This document shows positions 18,049 to 28,079 of a DNA stretch of 64,000 nucleotides, one piece after another. The stretch is taken from positions 1 to 64,000 of the IMG/VR virus record IMGVR_UViG_3300029288_007050; one strand, 5' to 3'. Numbering within the stretch: the first letter of the stretch is position 1; every line of letters starts with the position of its first letter. Source of the DNA: a virus. Taxonomy: Duplodnaviria > Caudoviricetes. The position numbers and the translations under genes are program-made. Under the pieces are notes generated by a model. That model searched no databases. It worked only from the letters and a program-made list of their open reading frames with translations, and was not told the DNA's origin.

Positions 18049-18217
18049 AAAATGGAGTTGTCATATTTGCGGTAAAATGAGAGACGATGAAGACATCGAA
18101 GTTTTAACGTATTTACTGAAAGATTTACCAGGAGCTGAAAGAAACATAAGATATTGCAGAGATAATGAAGAGTGCAAGAAAAAAGCAGAAGAAAAAGCGA
18201 TAAGTCAAGAAGTATGA
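18041..18217 (+). CDS. small Zn-finger protein
   Basis: Hand translation MNEKWSCHICGKMR...YCRDNEECKK; ATGA overlap with next gene. Confidence 0.55.
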   Translation: MNEKWSCHICGKMRDDEDIEVLTYLLKDLPGAERNIRYCRDNEECKKKAEEKAISQEV

Positions 18218-18957
18218 ACGTTATTTCAGAACTCAAAGAAAAATATTCGAATGCAAAATGTTTAAAAACGATTAATGATTTCTTACAGAAAGATTTAACT
18301 TATCAAGACGTCGACGATCTTGAAAAAATAATTGATGAAGAATGGAAGACAAACTATAAGAACTTTGACAAATATTATAGTTACGAATACATATATATAG
18401 CTTTGAATTGTTTCAAAAAATATTCTAAAAATTCTGTATTCAAGACTTTCGAATATCTTGGTTCTGACAAAATAGAAAAAATTCTAGATTTAGGCGCTGG
18501 TATTGGTCTAACAACTAATCTATTGCAAGATCTATTTCCGAATTCTAAAGTATACTATTTAAACTTAGAAAAATCTTTACAGAATGATTTCTTTGAAAAG
18601 ATAAAGAATCCAAAAATAGAAATAATAAATAACGAAGAAGATCTTTATAATAACAAATTCGATATAATCTTTGCTTCAGAGTTATTCGAACATATAGAAA
18701 AACCGATAGAACTACTTAAGAAAACTATGAAGATATGTGACAAATACTTCGTAACATCAAATGCTTTTGGTCCAGAAGCTTATGGTCATTTTACTTCATA
18801 TTCAGTAGACGACATAGTTTTTGCACCGAGAGAAACTTCTAAAAAGTTTTTGAAAACAATCCGAGAAGAATTTGAAGAAATGAAAATAAAAACATGGAAT
18901 AGCAGACCAAGAATTTTTAAAAGAATAGAAGACACAAAACAATTGAAATTATTTTAA
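18214..18957 (+). CDS. class I SAM-dependent methyltransferase with C-terminal clamp-binding motif
   Basis: ILDLGAGIG, FDIIFASELFEH, ends QLKLF. Confidence 0.8.
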   Translation: MNVISELKEKYSNAKCLKTINDFLQKDLTYQDVDDLEKIIDEEWKTNYKNFDKYYSYEYIYIALNCFKKYSKNSVFKTFEYLGSDKIEKILDLGAGIGLTTNLLQDLFPNSKVYYLNLEKSLQNDFFEKIKNPKIEIINNEEDLYNNKFDIIFASELFEHIEKPIELLKKTMKICDKYFVTSNAFGPEAYGHFTSYSVDDIVFAPRETSKKFLKTIREEFEEMKIKTWNSRPRIFKRIEDTKQLKLF

Positions 18958-19502
18958 TGGATATACTACAAGAAAAACTAAATAAATGCACAGAATGTCC
19001 ATTTGAAGATTATGAAATAAACTGGTACGACGAAAAAACTGGAACCGGAAAACTTGCAGCGTATGTTTATCCAGAAAGCGATCATTCAGTGATGGTTGTC
19101 GGGCAGAATCCTTCTCATCGGAGATGGCCAGGCACTCATTCGATGGGAGGAAAACAAGGAGACATATTTCGAGAAATCTTCGGAAAAGATAGTTTAGTGT
19201 TTACAAACTTCATTCAAGTATCAACACCAAATAATAAAGTAGACCAGTTGACAGACGCACAGATCAATCATTGCATAAATCATTTACTAGACGAAATCGA
19301 ATATTTGAAACCAAAAGTAATTATCGTCTGTAGTTCTTTTGCTCGTTCTAAACTTGTTAAACTTGATAGATTGAATGACTTAGCTAAATGGAGTGCGAAC
19401 GTCTTCTTTGTAAAACATCCAGACTATTATTTAACTTATAATCGAGGTAACATTGAAGAATATTATTCAGAATTAAAATCTATAAAACAACTATGTTCAT
19501 AG
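18957..19502 (+). CDS. uracil-DNA glycosylase superfamily protein
   Basis: CTECP, VVGQNPS, FTN, EIEYLKPKVI, KHP. Confidence 0.75.
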   Translation: MDILQEKLNKCTECPFEDYEINWYDEKTGTGKLAAYVYPESDHSVMVVGQNPSHRRWPGTHSMGGKQGDIFREIFGKDSLVFTNFIQVSTPNNKVDQLTDAQINHCINHLLDEIEYLKPKVIIVCSSFARSKLVKLDRLNDLAKWSANVFFVKHPDYYLTYNRGNIEEYYSELKSIKQLCS

Positions 19503-19927
19503 TCTACGAAGGCACAGACTGTAGTGGGAAAACAACGACTAGAAAACTTGTCGAGAAACAACGTGATGGCAAAGACGTTGTAATAGATAGATTCATTGGT
19601 TCTAACATTGTTTACGGTCTTATCTTCAAAAGATACACTGAAGAAAAATTTAAAATTCTCTATGTAGATGATTATAGATTCGCTTCGATGTTTAATCCAG
19701 TTCTTATATATCTATACGCACCAGTTAAAGAAATTGTTAAGAGAATGAAAAAAGACGGCCACGAAGAGATTGATAAAGAGATCTTAACAAAGACTCTCAA
19801 AGAATATAATAAATATTTTGACAGATGCGGATACGAAAACAAAATAAAAATAAATACTAGTCGGTATGATCAGAAAGACGTAGTTAAAAAAATAATTAAT
19901 TTTTTAAAGCATGTTGAAAATAAATAA
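19493..19927 (+). CDS. dNMP (thymidylate-like) kinase
   Basis: YEGTDCSGKTT, IDRF..S..VYG. Confidence 0.85.
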   Translation: MFIVYEGTDCSGKTTTRKLVEKQRDGKDVVIDRFIGSNIVYGLIFKRYTEEKFKILYVDDYRFASMFNPVLIYLYAPVKEIVKRMKKDGHEEIDKEILTKTLKEYNKYFDRCGYENKIKINTSRYDQKDVVKKIINFLKHVENK

Positions 19928-20438
19928 TGTCGTTATAGTCAATCATATTTTTGACATCGAAAAATGTTTCAGACAGATGTGTGCGACAGTCAATGATACA
20001 TATGAATTGAATAATGTTGTTATTACATACGAAAAATATCCAAGACCAGCTAAAAAACTTCCATCAAAGACAGATGAAGATGAAAGGAAGTGGATTTTAG
20101 AAGAAATAAATACTACGATCAACAAGATAAAGAAAGACCGATATACTAGAAAAGCAATACTTTATAATCTTCACAAATCTGATCTTGCGCATAATTGTCT
20201 TAGTCTATTTCATCTATACTATAGAGAACACAAACTTCATTTAAACGTTTACGTCCGTAGCATGAATTTTGCTGAAAACTTTGAGCATGATATGTACACT
20301 TTCGATTTAATTTTAAACAAAGCATGTAAAAAACTTGAATTAGAAAAAGGTCAAATCGTAGTTTTCATCATGAGTCTTCATAAGTTTAGAGTATTATCTG
20401 CGTATGAAAAACGAGGAAAAAATAAAAATAATAATTAA
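19911..20438 (+). CDS. short thymidylate-synthase (ThyA)-fold enzyme, probable dCMP-modifying
   Basis: TRKAI, catalytic Cys in NCLSLFH, YVRSMN...HD, MSLH. Confidence 0.7.
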   Translation: MLKINNVVIVNHIFDIEKCFRQMCATVNDTYELNNVVITYEKYPRPAKKLPSKTDEDERKWILEEINTTINKIKKDRYTRKAILYNLHKSDLAHNCLSLFHLYYREHKLHLNVYVRSMNFAENFEHDMYTFDLILNKACKKLELEKGQIVVFIMSLHKFRVLSAYEKRGKNKNNN

Positions 20439-20447
20439 TAAAAACAT

Positions 20448-21287
20448 ATGAAAATAGCAATCACCGGAAGCAAAGGCATAATAGGTTCAAATTTAGTTCC
20501 TTATCTAGAATCAAAAGGACATGAAGTAGTTCAAATATTATCAGATATTCGAGATTATGCAGCATTAAGAGAAGAATTCTCTATTCATTCTAATATTGAC
20601 TGGCTAGTTCATTTAGCTGCTATCGTTAGCACAATATCATGTGATCTAGCTGGAAGACACACATTCGACGTCAATGTCAAAGGCACTTATAATGTTGCTG
20701 ATCTTTGCAAAGAAAACAAGATAAAATTCTGTTATTTCTCAACGACAGCAATATACAAACCTGGACAAAATCCAATACTTGAAGAATCGATCAAAGAACC
20801 CCAAACTCTTTATGGATACACGAAATATCTTGGAGAACTGACTGCTCAAAATGTATTCAAAGACAAACCAGAAGATCTTTTACTATTAAGACCATGTTTT
20901 GCTTTTGGTGGAAACAATGACAGATCGATAGGATCTTTGGTTATTAAATCTGGTATACATAATGAACCTATAAACGTTCAACTCGATCCAGAAAAACTTA
21001 AAGACTATATGCACGTAGATAATCTATCAGAAGCTGTCGAAATGTTATTGATAAGAAACATTACTGGAGAATACAATATTAGTTATGGTGAACCGATTAA
21101 ATTCGGAGACTTGGTCAAAAAGGTCGAAGCAATGGGACTTAAACCTTTTATTTATTACAGACCAGAACTTGACTATATGGGTGACCATGTCGTCAATAAC
21201 ACAAAACTGAAATCCGTAATAGATTGGAAACCTTCTATATCAGTCGAAGAAGGATTAAAAAAGGTTTTCGAAAAATTAACTAAATAA
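20448..21287 (+). CDS. NAD-dependent sugar-nucleotide epimerase/dehydratase (extended SDR)
   Basis: ITGSKGIIG, HLAA, YGYTK (YxxxK), DYMHVD. Confidence 0.9.
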   Translation: MKIAITGSKGIIGSNLVPYLESKGHEVVQILSDIRDYAALREEFSIHSNIDWLVHLAAIVSTISCDLAGRHTFDVNVKGTYNVADLCKENKIKFCYFSTTAIYKPGQNPILEESIKEPQTLYGYTKYLGELTAQNVFKDKPEDLLLLRPCFAFGGNNDRSIGSLVIKSGIHNEPINVQLDPEKLKDYMHVDNLSEAVEMLLIRNITGEYNISYGEPIKFGDLVKKVEAMGLKPFIYYRPELDYMGDHVVNNTKLKSVIDWKPSISVEEGLKKVFEKLTK

Positions 21288-21291
21288 TTAC

Positions 21292-22329
21292 ATGACAAAC
21301 GAAGAAAAAAACGAGTTTAGAAGACTCTTAGGCACTTTGCCTGAACAAGCAACTGAAATTCCAGAAGAAGACTTCGATAAATATGCAAAAGATAAATCAC
21401 TCTGGGAAGAGAATGAATTCGGTATTAAAGTCGGGCCGTTTCAATTTTTCGAAGGTGTCAGAGGGATCAGTGTTCAGACTATAGACTATCCTAAAAATCC
21501 ATACAGGTTATTATATGAATTTGCTGTTGCTACGTGGGGAGATGAAAAATATGACGAGATGTGGCCAAAGACGAAACCAGAACATAGATTCATAGTTGTT
21601 AAAAATGTTCTAGCAAATAAAGCTCTTCCACTCGGAAATGAAGCAATTCAATTTAGTTTCATAATTAGAGGCCCAAGTCGAGCGTCATTCGATCAGCATG
21701 CTAGACAAAGAGTTGGAGCAACATTTGCTAGTCAAGGTGTAAGAGACAATTCTAGATTATTATCTGGTTGCAGAGTACCAAACGAAATTTGGAGAAACAA
21801 AGAAAAAAGAGACGAATTCATTTCTTCTGCTTTGTGGGCTAAAAAAGCATATTACCGAATGTTAAAATCTGGAGAAGGCAATTCATTCCAAGCTGCTAGA
21901 GCTATGATGTTAATGTCTTGGACACATAACTATAAATATTCTACAAATTATATGGCTCTGAAGGGCTATATGGCTCAAAGATTAGTAGCTTCTGAACAAG
22001 AAGACACCGTCGCTGTTGCTATCTCTATCTGGAATGAGATCAACAATATGTTCCCGATGTTAGCAAATAGTCTTAGACCAAAATGTGACTGGGCTGGTAA
22101 ATGTGTATGTCACCAGGGTGATGGCGGCGAACTTTTCGGCGCTTTGTTCAAAGGATGCGGCAGATTTCCAGAGTCAGAAGGAAAATATGCTACTTTTAAC
22201 TGGGCATGCACAGATTATCTAACTTTAGACAAACAATTAGGCATTCATCTGCCTTCTCCTACTGAATGGAGAGAATTCAATTCTCTAGATGACCTCGAAG
22301 AAAAAGATAGAATGTTGTTTGAGGAATAA
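21292..22329 (+). CDS. divergent flavin-dependent thymidylate synthase (ThyX-like)
   Basis: FSFIIRGPSRASFDQHARQR..., AARAMM, QR...EQ. Confidence 0.7.
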   Translation: MTNEEKNEFRRLLGTLPEQATEIPEEDFDKYAKDKSLWEENEFGIKVGPFQFFEGVRGISVQTIDYPKNPYRLLYEFAVATWGDEKYDEMWPKTKPEHRFIVVKNVLANKALPLGNEAIQFSFIIRGPSRASFDQHARQRVGATFASQGVRDNSRLLSGCRVPNEIWRNKEKRDEFISSALWAKKAYYRMLKSGEGNSFQAARAMMLMSWTHNYKYSTNYMALKGYMAQRLVASEQEDTVAVAISIWNEINNMFPMLANSLRPKCDWAGKCVCHQGDGGELFGALFKGCGRFPESEGKYATFNWACTDYLTLDKQLGIHLPSPTEWREFNSLDDLEEKDRMLFEE

Positions 22330-22389
22330 TACATAAATCATTAAAAAAGCTCTTAGAAAGCGTTCTAGAGCACTAAGAAACAATTAGAA

Positions 22390-25152
22390 ATGGTATCTGA
22401 ACTAAAACAAAAAGGCATTCGGCCAGTGATTGCATGGGACGATGGTAAGACTATATATTTCGTCTATAGAGATAAAGACAAACAAAAACGGATATTTGAA
22501 ATAAATGACTTTCAGTGGTATTTTTGTATTCACGCAAAACAATATGAAAGCGAAGAAGGAAGATTGATACTCAAAGAAGCAGTTAAAAAAGCAATGACAA
22601 AGTGGTTTCCAAAACTAGACGAAGTTGGAAACAAGATGTATCGTGAAGATGGCAGATTGCTTTTCGATAAAATTAGTCTACCGAACCCAATAAAGAAAGT
22701 AGAAAAGAAAGGAGACTTTGTTAAAGTTTACTGTGATCGTTATGCAGACGAAACGAAGTCTTTTCTAAGACGTCTACAAGATACAGAAATTGAGACTAGA
22801 GAAGCAGACTTAAACTTAACAAAGAGATACATGATCGACAACATGGTTGATATCGAAGAAGATTTATCGATATTATTTTTTGACATAGAAACGAACGATA
22901 CAAATCCTGGAATTGAAATAGGTCGAGATGAAATTCTTTCTTGGGCCGGTTGTGACAATGTCGGAAATGTTTTCTTCGAAAAGAGTGATGATCTTGAAAC
23001 TGGCGAATCAGAATTAATTCTGAATATGTTAAAACTTTTCAAAAAATATGACTTAATAGTTGGTTGGAATAGTGAACAGTTCGATATAGCATATATCAAA
23101 AACCGCATCGATAAACTTAATATTACTGGTGAAGAACTTGGAGAAGAAAAAATTAACGTAAATAAGACAAACTTCTGGAAAAAGATTATACACGTTGACT
23201 TGATGAAGAGATTGATTAAACTATTTGGTCCTATGATGACTGTAGTCAATCTTACTGGTTTTAGTCTAAATGAAGTTGCTAAAGTATTCATAGGCGAACA
23301 GAAAATTGAAAGACCAGAAAAAGTTATACATTTATATCGAAAAAATCCTGAAAAATTAGAAGAATATAATAAAAAAGATGTCTTGTTAGTTAAACAAATA
23401 AACGACAAATTAAGAACACTCCCGTTAATGATAAAAGAATGTTTTTGGACGGGTACTTTTATGGATAGATTCTACATAGGAGAACTTTTAGACAATTACA
23501 TTTTGAGAGAAGCTAATCTTCAAGATTTTCACTTAAAGACAAGACCGAAATATGAACAAAATTCTGAATCAATCAGAATCAGAGGCGGATATGTGATGGT
23601 GCCTGATATTGGTTTATATGATAATGTAAGAACTCTAGATTTCAAATCTATGTACCCGTCTATAATGGTTGGGTGGAACATTGGTCAAGAATCTTTAGTC
23701 GAGGGTAAGATATCAGACATTGCTCAAAAAGACTTTGATTTATGGATAAAAGATCGAAAAATAGAAGAAGTGCCTTTTATAGAATGGTACGATTTTCTTA
23801 AAAAAGAAAACAAAAAACTTAATCCAAAAAATAAATATCTCCAAACGGCAAACAATCAATTTTTTGCTAGAGAAAGACCAAGTATTATTTCTGGTTTAGT
23901 AAAAAAACTTTTACAAGAAAGAAAAGCATACAAAAAACAACAGATTGATTCTGTATATAACTCGATCGAATATAAAAATGCTCAAGCTTCACAAGAAGCT
24001 GTAAAAGAAATGAGCAACTCTATGTATGGTATTACTGCAGATAAACAAGCAAGATTCTTTGATCCGCGTATAGCAGAAGCAATAACGATGACTGGTCAAT
24101 TTATGAATCGGACGACAATGGCAATTCTGACTAAAATGGGATACCAAGTTATATATGGTGATACAGATTCTATTTTTACTCTCGTCGATAGTGATGAAGA
24201 GATGAAAAGAGTCATCGACGAGTTAAACAAAAAACTTTCAGCTCATCTTACTAAAACATACGGTTTTACGGACAATATCATTTACATTGAATATGAAAAG
24301 AAATTCAGAAAATTTATTATGTTAGATAAAAAAAGATATGTAGGACATCTCATAGAAGTCGATGGCAAACCAGTAGACTCAGTTCTTTCTAAAGGAACAG
24401 AAAACGTCAGAAAAAACACGATCGACTTTACAAAACAAAAAGTTAACGAATGCTTAGATTTGTTAGTTAAACAAGATAAAGGTCTAGAGTATATGAAAGA
24501 ATGGGTGCAAAAAATAAAAGACTACGTCTTATCAGACAAAATGAGAGAAGACATGATGGCTAAAGAAATTCCAGGAATGCCTCTAGCAATAACAATGAAA
24601 TTGTCTAAACCGACATCTGCATATAAAACAGATACTCCGCATGTTAAATTAGCTAAACAAATGGTTGCAGACAAAGAAATATTAGAAACACACGAAGGCA
24701 AACACGTCTGGGGTCAAAAAATTGAGTATTATATAAAAGATGCCCACAGAGGTAATATGAAAAGTGGTTTGAGAGATTCAGAAAGAAGTCATTCTACGAA
24801 ATCACAAAATGCTGCATTAATAAGAGACTATGCTGGAGACCATGATGCAAAATATTATTGGGACATTCAAGTATTTGCTCCATTAGGCAGAATTCTTAAT
24901 ACAGTTTGGCCAGAGACAAAAGAAGATAAAATCTGGACAAACTACACTGTAGCAGAAGAAGAAAAACAGAAAAGATTAGAAGAAAAAGAAAAACTCCGAA
25001 AAGAAAAACAAATAAAGAAAGAGCAATTGAAATTTGAAAGAATTAGAATCAAAGAAGAAAAACAAAAAGAGAAAGAGACTAAAAAGAAACTAAAAGAAAC
25101 GAAAAAAATAAATAGAAAAACAACTAAAAGTAAACAATTAAAATTATTTTAA
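22390..25152 (+). CDS. family B DNA polymerase
   Basis: Exo FDIET/GWNSEQFD; DFKSMYPS; KEMSNSMYG; YGDTDS; KKRY; ends QLKLF. Confidence 0.95.
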   Translation: MVSELKQKGIRPVIAWDDGKTIYFVYRDKDKQKRIFEINDFQWYFCIHAKQYESEEGRLILKEAVKKAMTKWFPKLDEVGNKMYREDGRLLFDKISLPNPIKKVEKKGDFVKVYCDRYADETKSFLRRLQDTEIETREADLNLTKRYMIDNMVDIEEDLSILFFDIETNDTNPGIEIGRDEILSWAGCDNVGNVFFEKSDDLETGESELILNMLKLFKKYDLIVGWNSEQFDIAYIKNRIDKLNITGEELGEEKINVNKTNFWKKIIHVDLMKRLIKLFGPMMTVVNLTGFSLNEVAKVFIGEQKIERPEKVIHLYRKNPEKLEEYNKKDVLLVKQINDKLRTLPLMIKECFWTGTFMDRFYIGELLDNYILREANLQDFHLKTRPKYEQNSESIRIRGGYVMVPDIGLYDNVRTLDFKSMYPSIMVGWNIGQESLVEGKISDIAQKDFDLWIKDRKIEEVPFIEWYDFLKKENKKLNPKNKYLQTANNQFFARERPSIISGLVKKLLQERKAYKKQQIDSVYNSIEYKNAQASQEAVKEMSNSMYGITADKQARFFDPRIAEAITMTGQFMNRTTMAILTKMGYQVIYGDTDSIFTLVDSDEEMKRVIDELNKKLSAHLTKTYGFTDNIIYIEYEKKFRKFIMLDKKRYVGHLIEVDGKPVDSVLSKGTENVRKNTIDFTKQKVNECLDLLVKQDKGLEYMKEWVQKIKDYVLSDKMREDMMAKEIPGMPLAITMKLSKPTSAYKTDTPHVKLAKQMVADKEILETHEGKHVWGQKIEYYIKDAHRGNMKSGLRDSERSHSTKSQNAALIRDYAGDHDAKYYWDIQVFAPLGRILNTVWPETKEDKIWTNYTVAEEEKQKRLEEKEKLRKEKQIKKEQLKFERIRIKEEKQKEKETKKKLKETKKINRKTTKSKQLKLF

Positions 25153-25154
25153 AA

Positions 25155-25559
25155 ATGTCTGACAGAATCACAAAAGAAGAAATGTTCATGAAAATCGCTG
25201 AGATCGTATCAATGAGAAGTACGTGCAAAAGACTTAATGTTGGTGCAGTCATTACTGATTCTTCAATGCTATATATTTTATCGATTGGATACAATGGCAA
25301 TTACGCTGGCGGACCAAACACATGTGATACTGACGAACCAGGCGCTTGTGGATGCATACACGCTGAAATAAATGCTTTAGTTAAAGCTGATAACAGAATC
25401 AAAGACAAAATACTTTTTACCACTAATATGCCTTGCAAAAATTGCGCTAAACTAATTATCAATAGTGGTTTTTCAAAAGTGTTTTACAGACACGAATATA
25501 GATTACCGGATGGAGTCGATTTATTAAAACAATCTAATATTGAAGTGCATAAAATATGA
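25155..25559 (+). CDS. dCMP deaminase
   Basis: STCKRLNVGA, GYNG, HAEINA, PCKNC. Confidence 0.92.
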   Translation: MSDRITKEEMFMKIAEIVSMRSTCKRLNVGAVITDSSMLYILSIGYNGNYAGGPNTCDTDEPGACGCIHAEINALVKADNRIKDKILFTTNMPCKNCAKLIINSGFSKVFYRHEYRLPDGVDLLKQSNIEVHKI

Positions 25560-26122
25560 AAAGAAAAGTTCTAGTGGGTGGTTGTTTCAACGAAATACAC
25601 GAAGGACATATTCATTTCCTCTCTGAAGCTAAAAAGAAAGGAGATTATTTGATCGTAGTGCTGACTAACGACGTAAATAATAAAAAAGAATATGCTGTTG
25701 ACTTTAGAAAAAGAAAGCAAAATCTAGAAAAACTCAACATAGCTAATAAAATCATTGAAGGAGACAAACATAATTTTGAAAAAGTCATTTATAAGTTTTT
25801 ACCAGCGACAATCGTTTTGGGATACGATCAAAAATTACCAAAAAACGTTAAATTCTATGGAAAGGTCGAACGAATAAAAAGATTTAAAAATTATTCTACG
25901 AAAAACATGGCAAAAAGAAAACTAAACAAATCAGATCTCGGTAGTCATTGTTTGATAAAAAATGTTTCTTTAGTCAAATCAGATGATATGCCTATCGATC
26001 CATATATCTGGACAATAATTAGTCTCAAAACTATTAACAAAAAACAATACGTCGAATTAGTATCTAGTTGGACTAGTACTAATATTTGGAAGGTTGAAGC
26101 TAAAGACATCATAATACATTAA
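25556..26122 (+). CDS. HIGH-family cytidylyl/adenylyltransferase (FAD synthase RibL/TagD-like) with extra C-terminal domain
   Basis: GGCFNEIHEGH, GDYLIV, LGYDQ, YST. Confidence 0.8.
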   Translation: MKRKVLVGGCFNEIHEGHIHFLSEAKKKGDYLIVVLTNDVNNKKEYAVDFRKRKQNLEKLNIANKIIEGDKHNFEKVIYKFLPATIVLGYDQKLPKNVKFYGKVERIKRFKNYSTKNMAKRKLNKSDLGSHCLIKNVSLVKSDDMPIDPYIWTIISLKTINKKQYVELVSSWTSTNIWKVEAKDIIIH

Positions 26123-26130
26123 AAATAAAA

Positions 26131-26655
26131 ATGATTGACTACAAATTATATATAAAGGAAGTAAAAAACTTCCCAAAAGAAGGAGTTGTATTTCAAGATC
26201 TATCGACTCTAATAGAAAATGGAAAGATCTTTCAATCAGCAATTCAAGAAATGGCTGAACAGTATAAAGACAGAACGATTTATCCAAAAATAGATAAAGT
26301 CGTCGGAATAGAATCTAGAGGGTTTTTGTTAGCAGCGCCTATAGCAATTGCTATGAATTCTGGTTTGATAATGGCTCGAAAGAAAGGAAAACTTCCAGGC
26401 GATGTCATAGAGGAAAGCTATTCTTTAGAGTATGGAGAATCTATTTTAGAAATGCAGAAGAATTCAATCAAAAATGGAGAAAATATTCTCATTGTAGACG
26501 ATTTATTAGCTACTGGTGGAACTGTATCTGCAGCTATCAAATTGATTGAAAAACTCAATGGAAACATCGTCGGTGTTTGTTTTTTAATCGAATTAGAAAA
26601 TCTTAAAGGAAGAGAAAAAATAAACTATCCAATTTATTCATTAACAAAATACTAA
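26131..26655 (+). CDS. apt: adenine phosphoribosyltransferase
   Basis: NFPKEGVVFQD, GIESRGF, RKKGKLP, LEYG, VDDLLATGGT. Confidence 0.93.
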   Translation: MIDYKLYIKEVKNFPKEGVVFQDLSTLIENGKIFQSAIQEMAEQYKDRTIYPKIDKVVGIESRGFLLAAPIAIAMNSGLIMARKKGKLPGDVIEESYSLEYGESILEMQKNSIKNGENILIVDDLLATGGTVSAAIKLIEKLNGNIVGVCFLIELENLKGREKINYPIYSLTKY

Positions 26656-26657
26656 AC

Positions 26658-28079
26658 ATGAAGATAACATCGATAAACAAGAAAATAGACATCGAAGACG
26701 TCAAAAAAGCAGTAAACGAATTAGTTGACTTCGTAAAACCTACATACGGACCAAAAGGATATAGTGTAATAATAAGTGATGAATACCGACATGTTAATTT
26801 AGACGATGGTGCGTCTATAGCTGAAGAATATGAGTCCAGCGATTCTTTCATAAACGCAATTATAAAATCTATTAAAGAAATTGCTATTAAGATGAGAGAC
26901 AGAGTCGGTGATGGCACTACTGGTTCACTTATAATAGCTCAAGCAATTTTAAACTCAACAAAAGAGATTAAAGACATTAAAAAAGCAGCATTAGAAGCAA
27001 AAGAACAATTGTTAAAAATGTCTAAAGAAATCAAGACAAAAGAAGAACTGAAAAACGTTGCGAAAATATCTTTCAATAACGAAGAGATGTCAAAGATCAT
27101 TTCAGAAATAGTTTTTAAAGTTGGTCAAGATGGAATAATATCAGTCGAAGAAAGCAATAGTTTAAAAACTTCTACAGAAATCGCAGATGGTTTAAGAATT
27201 GACAGAGGCTATATATCTCCATATATGATTACAGACGTTGAAAGAATGGAAGCAGTATTAGAAAATCCAGCCATTCTTATAACAAATTCAAAAATTTCGT
27301 CAGCAGCTGAGATCTTACCAGCTCTTGAAAAAATAATAAACTCTGGTAAAAAAGACATTTTAATAATCGCTGAAGACATAGAATCTGAAGCATTAAAGCT
27401 TCTTATTGTAAACAAATTAAAAGGGATCTTCAATGTAGTTGCTGTTAAGTCTCCTGGTTTTGGTGAAGAGAAAAACGATTTATTAGAAGACATCTGTTGT
27501 CTAACTAAAAGTAGTTTAGTATCAGAAGAAAAAGGAATAAAACTAGTAGATGTTAAACAAGACACGTTTGGTTCTTGCCGAAAAGTTGTTATTACGAAAG
27601 ACAACACGACTATAATTGGTGGAAGTGGAAATGTAGAAGAAAGAATAAATCAATTGAAAACACATCTTAAAGAAGTTAAAGAAGAATACCAAAAAGAAAA
27701 AGTTAAAAACAGAATAGCTAAACTTAAAAATGGAGTAGCTCTAATTAAAGTTGGCGCTTCGACTGAAGCTGAAATGAAGAAATTAAAACTTAAAGTTGAA
27801 AATTCAGTAAACTCGACTAAATTAGCATTTAGAAGCGGAGTAGTACCAGGCGCAGGAAAAGCATTCAGTACTATCAAGACTAGCGATGAAGTTCTCAATG
27901 AGGCATTGAAAGCACCAGAAAAAATACTTAAAGAAAACATCGGAGAATTCACGATGAATGAAAAGATTGTCGATCCAGTTGAGGTTCTCATTGCTTCGAT
28001 TGAAAGCGCTGTTTCAATAACAGAAATGCTTACTTTAACAAAAGGAGTAATTGTCAAAAAAATAGATGCTAAAGAATGA
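26658..28079 (+). CDS. groEL: GroEL-like chaperonin (shortened)
   Basis: TYGPKG, DDG, GDGTTG, DRGYISPY, KSPGFG, GVVPGAG. Confidence 0.92.
   Translation: MKITSINKKIDIEDVKKAVNELVDFVKPTYGPKGYSVIISDEYRHVNLDDGASIAEEYESSDSFINAIIKSIKEIAIKMRDRVGDGTTGSLIIAQAILNSTKEIKDIKKAALEAKEQLLKMSKEIKTKEELKNVAKISFNNEEMSKIISEIVFKVGQDGIISVEESNSLKTSTEIADGLRIDRGYISPYMITDVERMEAVLENPAILITNSKISSAAEILPALEKIINSGKKDILIIAEDIESEALKLLIVNKLKGIFNVVAVKSPGFGEEKNDLLEDICCLTKSSLVSEEKGIKLVDVKQDTFGSCRKVVITKDNTTIIGGSGNVEERINQLKTHLKEVKEEYQKEKVKNRIAKLKNGVALIKVGASTEAEMKKLKLKVENSVNSTKLAFRSGVVPGAGKAFSTIKTSDEVLNEALKAPEKILKENIGEFTMNEKIVDPVEVLIASIESAVSITEMLTLTKGVIVKKIDAKE

Noticed and set aside
22390-25152. Intron or intein in DNA polymerase (also checked helicase, RecA, RtcB)
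   Set aside because: Continuous ORFs of normal size with no intein or homing endonuclease motifs.
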